A stretch of DNA of 64,000 nt from Octopus sinensis (Eukaryota): contig NC_043000.1 of NCBI RefSeq assembly GCF_006345805.1, forward strand, positions 15,004,001 through 15,068,000, given 5' to 3'. Positions 1-11,942 of this stretch are shown here, in pieces; within the stretch, counting starts at the first letter, position 1; each line of letters begins with the position of its first letter. The position numbers and the translations under genes were made by a program. The notes beneath the pieces were generated by a model. The model worked only from the letters and a program-made list of their open reading frames with translations, ran no database searches and was not told the origin of the DNA.

Positions 1-1383
1 TATTAAGCTTTCCTTTCATAAGTCTCAAGTTACTCTGGTGGTCAAAAATATTGGAAGTATATATCATATATGGTGCATGGACATCAGGCAGATACATCCT
101 GCACATCACATGTGATACACAGGACAGGCAGTGTTAAAAACCAGGCAGTTACATCCTTATCTTCTATCTTTTACTGGTTTTAGTCTTAAGCTGTGGCCAT
201 GCTTGAAGAATTTTAGCCTGGTACTTATTCTATTAGTCTCTTTTTGCCAAACCACAAAAGTTACAGGGATCTAAACATACCAACACCAGTTGTCAAATGG
301 AGGTAGAGGATGAGCAAAAACACTAAGAAGCACACATCATCATCATCATCGTTTAACGTCCGTTTTCCATGCTAGCATGGGTTGGACGGTTTGACTGGAG
401 TCTGGGAAGCCAGGAGGCTGCACCATGCTCCAGTCTGATCTGGCAGTGTTTCTATGGCTGGATGCCCTTCCTGATGCCAACCACTGTGAGTGTAGTGGGT
501 GCTTTTTACATGCCACCGGCACAGGTGCCAGGGGAGGCTGGCAACAGCCACGATCGGTTGGTGCTTTTTACGTGCCACCGGCACGGAAGCCAGTCAAGGC
601 AGCGCTGGCATCGGCCATGTACAGATGGTGCCTGTCATTTGTAATGCATTTTTCGTATCCTGGCTGAAAGAGTTTTGTTTTTACCTTACAAACTCTATCT
701 GTAATTAAATAAAACCTATAAAATGATTAATAGCTTGTAAGGCATAGATATGTCCTAAAATTCAGTCTTTGGTGATATGGTAGTAGTACTACTACTAATA
801 ATAATAATCCTTTACATTATATAATTTTGTTGTATCTTGGTAGGGTCATTACACCAGTATTAAACACATACACTGGTTCTATTTCACTTCTTTATTTGTC
901 AACCATTTAACCAATTAACTAATCAATTGTTTGATTATTTGGTCAGTCAGTCAATCTTATCACATGATTAACTAAATAATCAATTAGTTAACTTGTTAAG
1001 TGGTTAACTTGTTGTCTAATAAAAATAAAGAAGTGAAACAGAACCAGTTTGAGTATATTATTGATGTAATGACCCTCCCAAGATACAACAAAATGTTTCA
1101 TCACATGGGTTCACATCAAGAATTTTACAAATCAAATATAAAAACAGTTTTATAATTTAAATTCTTTTTAAACATTTAGTATTTGCTGTGCTATTGTATA
1201 GATCTTTCATGATCTGACTTTAATTTATTCTATCAATTTTCATGCATCAATATTATATGCATGCAGATCAGTCCTGATTAAGAGCTGCCTTGAGATTCAA
1301 AGGCATTACAGTTGTGATAATCCTGTTTTATATCTTCATTTTTCAGATGTAGTCAATCTAGGCCTACAAATCCAGTGTGCTTT

Positions 1384-1416
<33 letters not shown>

Positions 1417-2375
1417 AGATAGTTGGGTGTAATTTGAGTTAGATTTAGCTGCTATTGCTAGCAGTTCAATCAGCTGCATAGAGGCTCTGTTGTGTTGAGT
1501 TTCAAATATTATTTCTATGGAGAGGCACAGTAAACAATCCAACAGCATACCCCACTCTCCCTCACTCTTTTGTGAAGCTATACTCTTTTACTTGTTTCAG
1601 TCATGTGACTATGGCTATACTGGCGCACTGCCTTTAGTTGAGCAAATCGACCCCAGGACTTATTCTTTGTAAACCTAGTACTTATTTTATCGGTCTCTTT
1701 TGCCAAACTGCTAAGTTACGGGAACATAGACACACTAGCATCGGTTGTCAAGCGATGTTGGGGGGACAAACACACACACATATATATTCATGCCCCAACT
1801 GGCTTCTGTGCCGGTGGCACATAAAAAGCACCATCCGAACGTTGCCAGCGCTGCCTTGCCTGGCTTCCGTGCCGCTGGCACGTTAAAAGCTCCAACCGAT
1901 TGTGGACGATGCCGGACCCCCCATCCTGGCACCTGTGCAAGTGGCATGTAAAAAGCACCCACTACACTCGCGGAGTGGTTGGCGTTAGGAAGGGCATCCA
2001 GCCGTAGAAACTCTGCCAGATCAGACTGGAGCCTGGAGCAGCCCCCTGGCTTCCCAGACCCCGGTCGAACCGTCCAACCTGTGCTAGTGCGGAATACGGA
2101 CGTTAAACGATGATGATGATGATGATATATACGACGGGCTTCTTTCAGTTTTCGTCTACCAAATCCACTCACAAGGCTTTGGTCGGCCCGAGGCTATAGT
2201 AGATGACATTTGCCCAAGGTGCCACACAGTGGGATTGAACCCAGAACCATGTGGTTTGTAAGCAAGCTACTGAATTATTTCAGAACGATTTTTTTTTTTT
2301 TTATTTCTATAAAATGTGTTTTGAGAAATGTTATATCAAGCAAAAAAAAAAATTATTAAACTTGTATCGTTTCAG

Positions 2376-2707
2376 CTTCTAACTCGCCAGGCCAGTCTGC
2401 TGTTCTTGCAAGCAGTGAGCTGTTTGAAGATGAGTTGAGGTCATTTTTCAGTCATAAAAGACAATCATTTATGAAAATGCAGCAACAGTTTAGAGAATAT
2501 GAAGAACAATTTGAAGAGGAGTACCAGAGAACTCTTGACAGCATGAAGAAATCTCAACGTTGGCCAAAAGAACTCGCACCTGAAACGAGTATTTTCATTT
2601 CTAAAACAGACATGCCTGCCAATCAAACTGGGGAGCAAGCATTGTTGAATCACCAACGCACTCCGGAATCTTCCACTTCACAACGAAAATCATATAAACT
2701 TGTTAAG
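2376..2707 (+). CDS. CCP110: CCP110-like internal coding exon (coiled-coil region); upstream exons lie before the window
   Basis: Acceptor ttcag at 2371-2375 and donor AAG|gtatgt at 2708. Open frame ...SNSPGQSAVLASSELFEDELRSFFSHKRQSFMKMQQQFREYEEQFEEEYQRTLDSMKK...SYKLVK. Phase 0 end matches the next exon. Confidence 0.8.
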
Positions 2708-3769
2708 GTATGTCTTTTAATTTTAATCAATCAATAATTTTATGTGTGGAGGCACATGGCCTTGTGGTTAGAACAGCAGACTCATGGCCAAGGAATCACA
2801 GGTTCGAATCTCAGGCCTGGTGATGTGTGTGTTTATGAGCGAAACACATAAGCTCCAGGCGGTTCCAGCAGAAGGTAATGGCAAACTTCTGTTGACTCTT
2901 TCGCCACAACTTTCTCTCACTCTTTCCTCTTGCATCTCACCTGTGTCGGATCGGCATCCCATCCAGGTGGGGAACCTATATGTCAATGAAACCAGGAAAC
3001 CGGCCCTTATGGGCCAGGAACAAACAACAACAATAATTCTCGCAGATTTTATTGATTAATTTTTCAGAAATTTGTCCTTACCATTTTGCCTCAAAAATGT
3101 CACAAAAAATCAACCCAGGTCCTGTATATGCAAAGTAGGGCTTCCCATAAGCTTTAATGCACCTCTTTTAGGAAGAGATCTTTGTCTTGCAAGCTCACAT
3201 GTGCTGGTGCCACATAAAAAAGCACCCATTTTGGTCTTACATATAAAGCACCCATGTCATGTGTAAAGCATCCATTCCAGTGTCACATAAAAAGCACCCA
3301 GTATATTCTGTAAAGTGGTTGGCATTAGGAAGGGCATCCAGCTATAGAAACTATGCCAAAACAGTCATTTGAAGCTTGGGCAGCTCAATGGCTTGCAGGC
3401 TGCTATCAGACTGTCCAACCCATATCAGATGGAAAATGGATGTTAAATTATGATGGTGCACTGCTGAAATTGGAGTGCATTTAATTCCCTGTGCATCTTT
3501 CATGCCATCAAATATGGTATTACAAATTGACAGTTAAAATTTTGATGTAAACTTGTGGAACTTGTAGAAATTCCACATTTTACAAATTTTCATGTTTCTG
3601 TTTTGATGCGAAGATTTTGATCATATCTTCCAATCCATTCCACAGTTAAGGTTGTTTGTATAGTAACACTCCTGTCAAATTGTCCAACCCATGCCATCAT
3701 GGTAAACAGATGTTAAATGATGATGATTATCATCACCAGAGTTAATAGGTTATTCTTGACCACATGACA

Positions 3770-4480
3770 TAGAATATTGTTAAATCTGCATACCAAAGAT
3801 TTTTCGTTATGTCTAGAAAATACTTTAGTCCTGATCAATTTCTTTGGTGCTACAAAGTTCGAGTAAAACCCACAGTGGAATACTGCTCAGATATTTCAGA
3901 TGGTATGGCAGCTTAGGGCCCAAGCATATCCAAGGGAAGACCATCAAGCAAATTGGTAAAGACTCATAATTAAACTACAATTACAAATGTGTCACATATC
4001 ACCTCTTATTTATATTTTGATCTTGTTTCATTGTGCTAAGGATTTTGATTATATTTTTCACTTCATTCCATAGTTAAGGTTGTTTATAGAGTAACATGCC
4101 TCTTAAGCTGTCCAACCCATGTCAGCATGAAAAACATGTTGAATGGTATCAATGACCATGATTATTATCATCTCTAGAGTAAACGTTGGCAGAGTTCTCA
4201 CGACCACCTCACATATAGAACATTAAATCTACATACCAAAGATTAAGCTGTTCTTTACATCTAGAAAATACTTTAGCCCCAATCAGTTTCTTTCCCTCTA
4301 CAAAGTTCAAGTAAAATCCACAATGGAATATTGCCCATATATTTCAGATGGTACTATTGCTTAGGACCCAAACCTTCTTGCCTATATCCAAAAGAAAACC
4401 ATCAAGCAGATTGGTAAATACTCACAATTAAACTACAATCACAGATGTGTCACATCTCACCTCGTACATGAAGCCTCTTT
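3770..4480 (+). mobile_element. Jockey/L2-superfamily LINE relic, present twice through an old tandem duplication
   Basis: 4250-4420 reads LFFTSRKYFSPNQFLSLYKVQVKSTMEYCPYISDG...IQKKTIKQIG (LYKAQIRPxLEYCSHIW motif); a diverged copy lies at 3790-3960. Confidence 0.6.
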
Positions 4481-5189
4481 TTCTACTCCTTCTACTCTTC
4501 CTCTGACCCTTCACCAAACATGTCACTCAACTGTTTCACCTAAGAACTGCAACCTTTTGGGATTCCTTTCCAGTTCACATTTTTCTGCAGACACTGACAA
4601 ACAGATGTTCAACTGAACGTCAATTATATCATCTTACAAGACCCTACAGGTACCAGGGTTTCTGACCAACTTCCTCCAGCTAATTACTAAAATAAACTCA
4701 TAACTTTATGTTCTGGTTTCGAATCAAAGGGCTAACTTTGGCTTTAACCTTCCTAGGGTTGATGAAGTACCTGTACAGTATTGGGAATCACCCTGATTGT
4801 GAGTATACCCTTTTTCCTATGAATTCCAGGGCTTGTGCTAATGTGAGAAATCATCATTATTATTGTGGTGGTGGTAGAATCATTAATACAGTGGACAACA
4901 TACTTGGCAGCATCTCTTCTGACTCATTCAAATTCTGCCAAGGTTCACTTTGCCTTTCATCCTTTCAGGGCCAGTAAAATAGGTAACAGTTGAGTCTGGG
5001 ACCAATGTAATCAACTCTCCTCCCCTAACAATTTGCTGTCTATGCGCCAAACTATTACTATTATCAAAAGAATGATGCATTGGTAAAGTATATTTTCGTC
5101 GCTCTGGAGTCACTAAAATAAATATGAGTCATGTGCCTATGTAAGAAATTACTATTAATATCATTATTTTTTAACCTTTTTTTATGTAG

Positions 5190-5294
5190 ACTGACCAAGA
5201 TCCTGCCAGTGTAATCTGTGCTGCTATAAAGGGCTTTCTCACAAGAAAGCTTTTGTCCTGTCCTAAAGTGGAAGCTTTGAGGAAAACTATAGAT
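5190..5294 (+). CDS. CCP110: CCP110-like exon, conserved C-terminal domain (IQ-like KGFLTR motif)
   Basis: tag|...|gtgagt, 105 nt, phase 0/0. TDQDPASVICAAIKGFLTRKLLSCPKVEALRKTID resembles the CP110 segment KGFLTRRLxxTxKLKQLRQTVKD (recalled family sequence). Confidence 0.9.
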
Positions 5295-6700
5295 GTGAGT
5301 GAAATTTTGACTTACTTCACCAAAGTATCCCTCCTACATCTAACTACAATATGTTACCCTGTGAGCTGTTAGTCATTGCATTGTGAGATGAACATTTCAT
5401 GATCACTGGTATCCATCAATGAATGATGGATCAGCAGTATCCGATCATCAATGAATAAAACTTTTGAGACTTGACAAGTGATGGAGACTTTTGGCAATTT
5501 GCTGTGCTTGAATAGACATGTCAAGCTCAGTGAAATCGTAGACATGTCCAGTGCCAGTGACATGTGAAAGACACCTGTGCTGGTAATATACACAAGGTAA
5601 TCATATTGGTGATAGGTATGAGGCACCTGTGCCAGTAACGGGCATGAGGCACCTGTGCCAGTAACGGGCATGAGGCACATGTGCCAGTAACGGGCATGAG
5701 GCGCCCGTGCTGGTAACACACGTGGGGCACCCGTGTCAGTGATACATGTGAGGCACCCATGCTGATGACATGTAAAAGATGCTCACTACACCCTATGGAA
5801 TGGTTGGTGTTAGGAAGGGTATCCAGCCATAGAAACCAAGCTAAAACAGATTGAAGCCTGGTGCAGGTCTCCTGCTTAACAATTCCAGTCAAACCGTCTA
5901 ACCCATGCCAGCATGTAAAACAGATGCTAAATATAATGATGATGAATCCAGCTTCTGTTTTTGTTGTTGCATCCATGATGCGAGTTGTACTCAACACCAC
6001 ATACTAACAAACCACATATCAACTTTACACTGCTACTTCTGTTCACAGTTCTGTGGTACACACCTTGAGCATTTGCTCTGGGACCCCCATTGCTACCAGC
6101 TTTACCCTCTTCCCAGTTATCCCCAATGACACTTATATTATGTTGGATAGCCTTGTATCTCCTCTTTAGCAAGACACTTGTATTTGTCCTTCTATCATAC
6201 TTTAGTCTCTCAATATCTGGGATAAAACTACGTCCCTCTCTCAAATACTCCTCTCCACCTAGTTGAGTGGGGTGGCTTTTTTTTCTTTTCCTGTCTTGTA
6301 AATTACTTGGCAATGGCAACCTCACTAATGCTAGTGGCATGAAAGAGTATATGGTAAAGTTGTTGGCATTAAGGACATCCAACTTGTGAAACCATGCCAA
6401 AGCTGACACTGGAGCTCAGCACAGCCCTGCAGCTTGCCAGATCCTGTCAAACCATCCAACCCATGCCAGTATGGAATACAGACATTACATGATGATAGTG
6501 GTGGTGGTGGTGAAGGTGGATTGGTCTATTTGAGAATTAGTTGCTTTGGTTACAGGTACAATGTAATGCTGATCTCACCTCTCGGCTGATTATTCAGTGC
6601 TTGCAACACCACCAAACCTTGTATAAACACTCAGACATATAAACAGTACAGTAGTATATGTATGTGTGTATGTGAATAAATATATATATATATATATATA

Positions 6701-7079
6701 TTAGCAGTATTGCCCGGCGTTGCTCGGGTTTGTAAGGGAAATAACTATATAAGCATTTTTAGAGTTATAGCCAAAAGATAGCAAAAAAATGCATTAAAAA
6801 TATTAAAAAAATGATGGTAAATTTTTTTTTTTTTAAATCGTTGACTTATCGTAGACATTTTTAGAGTTACTTCCCTTATATAATAGCGAAAAAATGCATT
6901 AAAATGGAAAAAAATTATGGTAATTTTTTTTTTTTAATCGTAGACTCATGAAGGGCTCGATATGAATCACAACTATAAGATACCCGGTTTTGGTTAAACT
7001 GCACCGCAAAATGTGGGAGTAGTTAGGAATCTAAATTGTAGGAGACAGACACACAACTTCTCTTTTATATATATAAAGA
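6701..7079 (-). mobile_element. Non-autonomous Helitron
   Basis: Minus strand starts TC(TTTATATATATAAAAG) and ends with hairpin CCCGAGCAACGCCGGG plus a CTA(A) terminus. Confidence 0.7.
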
Positions 7080-7194
7080 TATATGCACACACACACGCAC
7101 ACACACACGCACACACACACACAAACATTGTGTTGTGTTGAGTGTTTTTAACACAAACAGATGTCGCATCATTATTGATTCTGTGTTTGTTTAG

Positions 7195-7266
7195 GAATGT
7201 TTAAAGCTACTCAGTGAAACCCACGGCTCTTCCAATTTGAACTTGATAACAAGATTAAATAACCAA
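7195..7266 (+). CDS. CCP110: CCP110-like exon
   Basis: tttag|...|gtaagt, 72 nt, phase 0/0; ECLKLLSETHGSSNLNLITRLNNQ keeps the frame between flanking conserved exons. Confidence 0.8.
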
Positions 7267-7690
7267 GTAAGTTCATTCTTTCTTTTTTACTTCTCATCTC
7301 TATTTACTACTATTTTTGCTTCTTCTGCTCCTCTTCTTCCTCCTCCTCCTCCCCTTTCACAACTACTGCCTCTAGTTTGTTTTCCCCCTCCTGCCATTGT
7401 TTGTTTTCTTTGACTCTGTCCTCTCCCTTCTCCTAAAACTACTACCTTTTTTTTGTCCTTGTCTATGACTCCAAGGCAAGGAGACGGTATAATATGGTTG
7501 TTCAATCTGCTTGAAATAGCTGTCAAAACTCCCTCTAATCATACCATCGAAGCTATATCGGACAGTATATCCAAGGCACATGAAAAGATGGGGGATAGTC
7601 ATGGCTGAGAGAGCTTTGATCATGAGTCTGCTTGATCAAGCTGACTTGCAACTAAACACCAAGAACAGTCATATTACTTAGATGGAAATA

Positions 7691-8074
7691 GGGAATGAGG
7701 TAAAATTGTAGATTAAGAATAAGGTAAAACTAGATTAAGGGAATGGGGTAAAATTGTAAATTAAGAATAAGGTAAAACTGGATTAAGGGAATGGGGTAAA
7801 ATTGTAGATTAAGAATAAGGTAAAACTGGATTAAGGGAATGGGGTAAAATTGTAGATTAAGAATAAGGTAAAACTGGATTAAGGGAATGGGGTAAAATTG
7901 TAGATTAAGAATAAGGTAAAACTGGATTAAGGGAATGGGATAAAATTATAGATTAAGAATAAGGTAAAACTGGATTAAGGGAATGGGGTAAAATTGTAGA
8001 TTAAGAATAAGATAAAACTGGATTAAGGGAATGAGGTAAAATTGTAGATTAAGGATAAGGTAAAACTGGATTAA
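7691..8074 (+). repeat. 48-bp minisatellite, 8 copies
   Basis: GGGAATGGGGTAAAATTGTAGATTAAGAATAAGGTAAAACTGGATTAA repeated; the unit is itself a 26+22 bp dimer. Confidence 0.95.
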
Positions 8075-8259
8075 GGAAAAGAGTTGAATTGTGGATTAGA
8101 AATTATGTAAAATTGTGAAAGAAAAATTATGTAAAACTGAATTAACTCTTTCATAAGTGCCAAGTTACTCTGGTAGTTGACAAAAAGATGAGGAATGTGT
8201 ACAGGTACCAAGGAAATATCACCTGTGTACCATATAGACTAAGGGATACAGATAGAATA

Positions 8260-8566
8260 GGTACTACTAGTGAACAGTGGTCCTGGTGCGCGCACTCGTG
8301 CATCCACGCTAGCTAGTCATAAGTAGTCGATCTTACGACTTGTGCGTATGTTTGTATTTCAAGACTGAATACATATCAAAGATAATTAAATAATATTTTT
8401 TGAGCAAAGTAAATAATTTTTTAAACTAAGTAAATAAATTATTTTTATAAACAAACAAAGGTTAGGGTTAAAAAATTATGGTTAGGGTTATAAAGTCGTA
8501 GGATCGACTACTTGCAGCTAGCTAGTGCGAATGCGTGCACCAGGACCACTGTTTGCTAGTAGTACC
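8260..8566. mobile_element. MITE with about 75-bp imperfect TIRs and internal GGTTAGGGTTA repeats
   Basis: GGTACTACTAG..AACAGTGGTCCTGGTGC at the left mirrors GCACCAGGACCACTGTT..CTAGTAGTACC at the right; AATA on both flanks. Confidence 0.75.
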
Positions 8567-8970
8567 AATAGAATAAAAACTGGATGAGGGAGAGGATAAA
8601 ATAGTTATATTTCATTCACTGTGACATTCAGTTTGGAACATATCTCAAGCACAAAATCATCATCATTTAACATCCATTTTCATGCTGACATGGAATGATA
8701 GTTTGACAGGAGCTGCTCAGGCTCCAGCTGGTCAACTCCTGTCAAATTGTCAAACCCATGCCAGTGCCACTTTAAATGAACATCATCCAGTAGTAGAAAA
8801 TCTGCTTCACTGAATCACGTTGACCCATGCAAGCATGGGAAAATTGATATTAAAATGAAGATGTAAGGTTTGTAACAGTTTGAATTCCAGCTGGTTTTAT
8901 ATAGATGTATGTATGTTTTGTTATTTTCCATTCAATCCAAATACCAAAATCTATCTCTTTTCTATCTCAG

Positions 8971-9078
8971 CTGGATGCTGCACGTCTAGATATATATGAC
9001 ATTTTCTTTGAGATGACTACTCAAGAGAGAATGAACATCATTCACCAATCTCGGATACTTGCAGCGAGGAAACTTCAG
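8971..9078 (+). CDS. CCP110: CCP110-like exon, conserved C-terminal domain
   Basis: tctcag|...|gtaaaa, 108 nt. LDAARLDIYDIFFEMTTQERMNIIHQSRILAARKLQ resembles CP110 [29 protein letters not shown]. Confidence 0.9.
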
Positions 9079-9170
9079 GTAAAAGCAATCACCACAAAAG
9101 TTGTTTATTTAATTCAATTGTTTTGCATTTTAATGATATGGCAGCGAGATTTGTTTGTGTCTTGACTTAA

Positions 9171-9907
9171 CACTTCAGCATTTAAACCAGTTAAATCCAG
9201 CACAAATATTCTACCTATCTTATGTTCAAACTGGCTAGATCCAGCCTCTTACACCTGCCTTACAATGTCATTTTAAAAATAAACATTAACGTCATTGAAA
9301 TCTCAAAGCTACAAGATGATGCATGATTAATTCTTAACAATGTGAAGAAACAGGCATTACATTTGACAGTAATCTCTATATCTATAAACAGCAAAATGTT
9401 TGTGTGTCCTTTATACAAATCCAGTTTTTTACGTAAAAGGCTCGCATTTTCTATGGGCTTTCAAAACTGTCTGAGGGTGGTCGTGAAAATATTTTCATTT
9501 CCCCAGTCACCCCAGATAGCCATTAAAAAAATCGATAAACCGACCCCTTATGCCAATAAGTTATGGGCATATCCATTCAAAATCGCTAAAACAGAAATTT
9601 GTACAGTGCGTGCGTACAGCTAGATACACCAATAGACTGCCAGCTGTTTTTTGATTAGACAGAGATAATTTTACCCTTGACACTTGAATGCATGTGCGCA
9701 TTTGCAGACAGTCTGTATAACTCAGCGCATTTTTGTGTTTTGGCTTTCAGACGTGCACGCTTTTTTGATTTGGGAAATGCAGGGAATAATTAACGAGTTA
9801 GACTAAGTGAATGACAAGAGAGCGGGATTTTCATGAAAGATCAAATATGCTTGACTAGCACTAGACCTGGCAACGCCGGGTCATAGTGCTAGTCTGAAGC
9901 TAAAAGG
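9171..9907 (+). mobile_element. piggyBac-like MITE interrupted by a Helitron
   Basis: TTAA at 9167-9170 and 9908-9911. With 9373-9892 removed, it aligns to the intact copies at 15295-15512 and 63015-63233. Confidence 0.65.
9373..9892 (+). mobile_element. Non-autonomous Helitron
   Basis: 5' TC, 3' hairpin CCTGGCAACGCCGGG followed by CTAG, inserted between A (9372) and T (9893) with no TSD. Confidence 0.8.
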
Positions 9908-10435
9908 TTAAACTCTTTTAAATATCAATCCTACATTTTTTTTCCCCGTTAGTTTGATCTGCTGGAAGGGGCTCTGCTCATCCTCACCCCACAATTCATA
10001 TGTCACATGACCTGCACAACTGATAGATGTGATCTCTCATTGGGACCTTTCTTATTTATGCTGCAATTGTAACATTTATACAGCCTATTGAAGAGAAATT
10101 CATACACACACACACATACACACACACACACACATACATACACGCATACACGCACGCACGCACGCACACGCACACGCATGCATGCATGCATGCACACACG
10201 CACGCACATACATGCACACAGGCTTCTTTCAGTTTCCGTCTGCCAAATACACTCACATGGCTTTGGTCAGCCTGAGGCTATTGTAGAAGACACTTGCCCA
10301 AGGTGACACACAGTGGAACTGAACCTGGAACCATATGGTTGGGAAGTAAGTTTCTTACCATAGAGCCATACCTGCACCTATATAAAAATAGCAGATCAGC
10401 AAGAGTCTGCTTTATGAAAAGTTAGTAATAGTTCA

Positions 10436-10830
10436 GGCGCAGGAGTGGCTGTGTGGTAAGTAGCTTGCTAACCAACCACATGGTTCCGGGTTCAGTCCCA
10501 CTGCGTGGCACCTTGGGCAAGTGTCTTCTACTATAGCCTCGGGCCAACCAAAGCCTTGTGAGTGGATTTGGTAGATGGAAACTGAAAGAAGCCCGTCGTA
10601 TATATATGTATGTGCGTGTATGTTTGTGTGTCTGTGTTTGTCCCCCTAGCATTGCTTGACAACTGATGCTGGTGTGTTTATGTCCCCGTCACTTAGCGGT
10701 TCGGCAAAAGAGACCGATAGAATAAGTACTGGGCTTACAAAGAATAAGTCCCGGGGTCGAGTTGCTCGATTAAAGGCGGTGCTCCAGCATGGCTGCAGTC
10801 AAAATGACTGAAACAAGTAAAAGGAAAAAG
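10436..10830 (+). mobile_element. tRNA-derived SINE, family A (about 400 bp, internal TA/TG microsatellite)
   Basis: Pol III A/B-box-like head GTGGCTGTGTGGTAAG...GGTTCAGTCCC; tail AAACAAGTAAAAG. Probably one of the described octopus SINE families (name not verified). Confidence 0.85.
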
Positions 10831-11002
10831 AATGTGGATAGGCATACTCCATTATGAGGTAGAAAGGAAATCCATAATGTTGATGTGACTTAGACAAGTA
10901 GATCAATGGTGTCACAAGTGAAAAAACTTGGAATTGATTGAAAAGATGTGCATAGGTTATTTCATTGTCCTAATTAATAACGAAATTATATTAAAGCTAT
11001 GG

Positions 11003-11231
11003 TGGCGAGCTGGCAGAAACGTTAGCACGGCGGGCGAAATGCGTAGCCATATTTCATCCGCCGTTACGTTCTGAGTTCAAATTCCGCCGAGGTTGACTTT
11101 GCCTTTCATCCTTTCGGGGTCGATAAATTAAGTACCAGTTACGCACTGGGGTCGATCTAATCAACTTAATCCCTTTGTCTGTCCTTGTTTGCTCCCTCTA
11201 TGTTTAGCCCCTTGTGGGCAGTAAAGAAATA
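11003..11231 (+). mobile_element. tRNA-derived SINE, family B (MetaSINE-like core)
   Basis: Core GCCTTTCATCCTTTCGGGGTCGATAAATTAAGTACC; 16-bp TSD TATATTAAAGCTATGG at 10987-11002 and 11232-11247. Confidence 0.85.
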
Positions 11232-11309
11232 TATATTAAAGCTATGGAAAATAGAGGTATCAGCTAATATGACAGTCTAAAAAAAATATCACTTGATTGT
11301 TGTATCCTC

Positions 11310-11703
11310 TGTGTGAAAAGTCTGGCTGCATACATGTTAGCATATGTCAGGTGCATACAATTGACAACACAGTTAATTAAGATTTATTCAGTGAGTTCCA
11401 TTCAACACATGTTTACACGTGGAATTATCAGAATCATTATTAACTTTAGATGGCATTTTAAAAGTTTTGGCTGATAAAGTTGAACTGAAAAACCCTACAA
11501 TGAGGCATGAATTGCACGAAGCCGTCTTGCAGTCTTGGGAAGAGCTAACTGAGCAGAATATTCGTGGATGTATTTAACATCAAACTCGTGTTTGGCGTCA
11601 AATAGTTGACTGTCGTGGTGGTAACAGATTCGTGTAATAAATTTTTTGCTTATTTTTGTTTCATAATATATATTTTTTCGGATGCAGCCAGACTTTTCAT
11701 ACA
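11310..11703. mobile_element. MITE-like element with 22-bp TIR
   Basis: TGTGTGAAAAGTCTGGCTGCAT (11310-11331) versus ATGCAGCCAGACTTTTCATACA (11682-11703), one mismatch. Confidence 0.55.
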
Positions 11704-11747
11704 TTCATTTGTCTAATTAAATCTTTATATTTTTTCATGTTTTAAAG

Positions 11748-11806
11748 GCCAGGCCACAACAAATATCTTCAGCAACTCGGAAGTATCTGATGCGGAAAAA
11801 CCAAAT
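11748..11806 (+). CDS. CCP110: CCP110-like exon preceding a U12-type intron
   Basis: tttaaag| acceptor, 59 nt, phase 0 to 2. ARPQQISSATRKYLMRKNQ resembles the CP110 motif LSAATQKSLDRK. Donor is GTATCCTTTT. Confidence 0.8.
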
Positions 11807-11942
11807 GTATCCTTTTTTATTCTGCTGTTGTTTAAACTCTAAAAAGTCAGCTTCAGTCAAACAGACTGGAAAATACAGGCATTCCAGCTGTGACCATTTT
11901 AACTTTTTCTTTAGACATAGCTTCATGTTTCTAACAAGTTTA

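Noticed and set aside
1347-1376. Possible small CCP110 exon after tttcag
   Set aside because: No convincing donor in the phase required by the 2376 acceptor, and no recognisable homology.
5927-6409. 160-aa minus-strand ORF
   Set aside because: Starts and ends in family-D repeat sequence, has no recognisable domain, and is antisense within a CCP110 intron.
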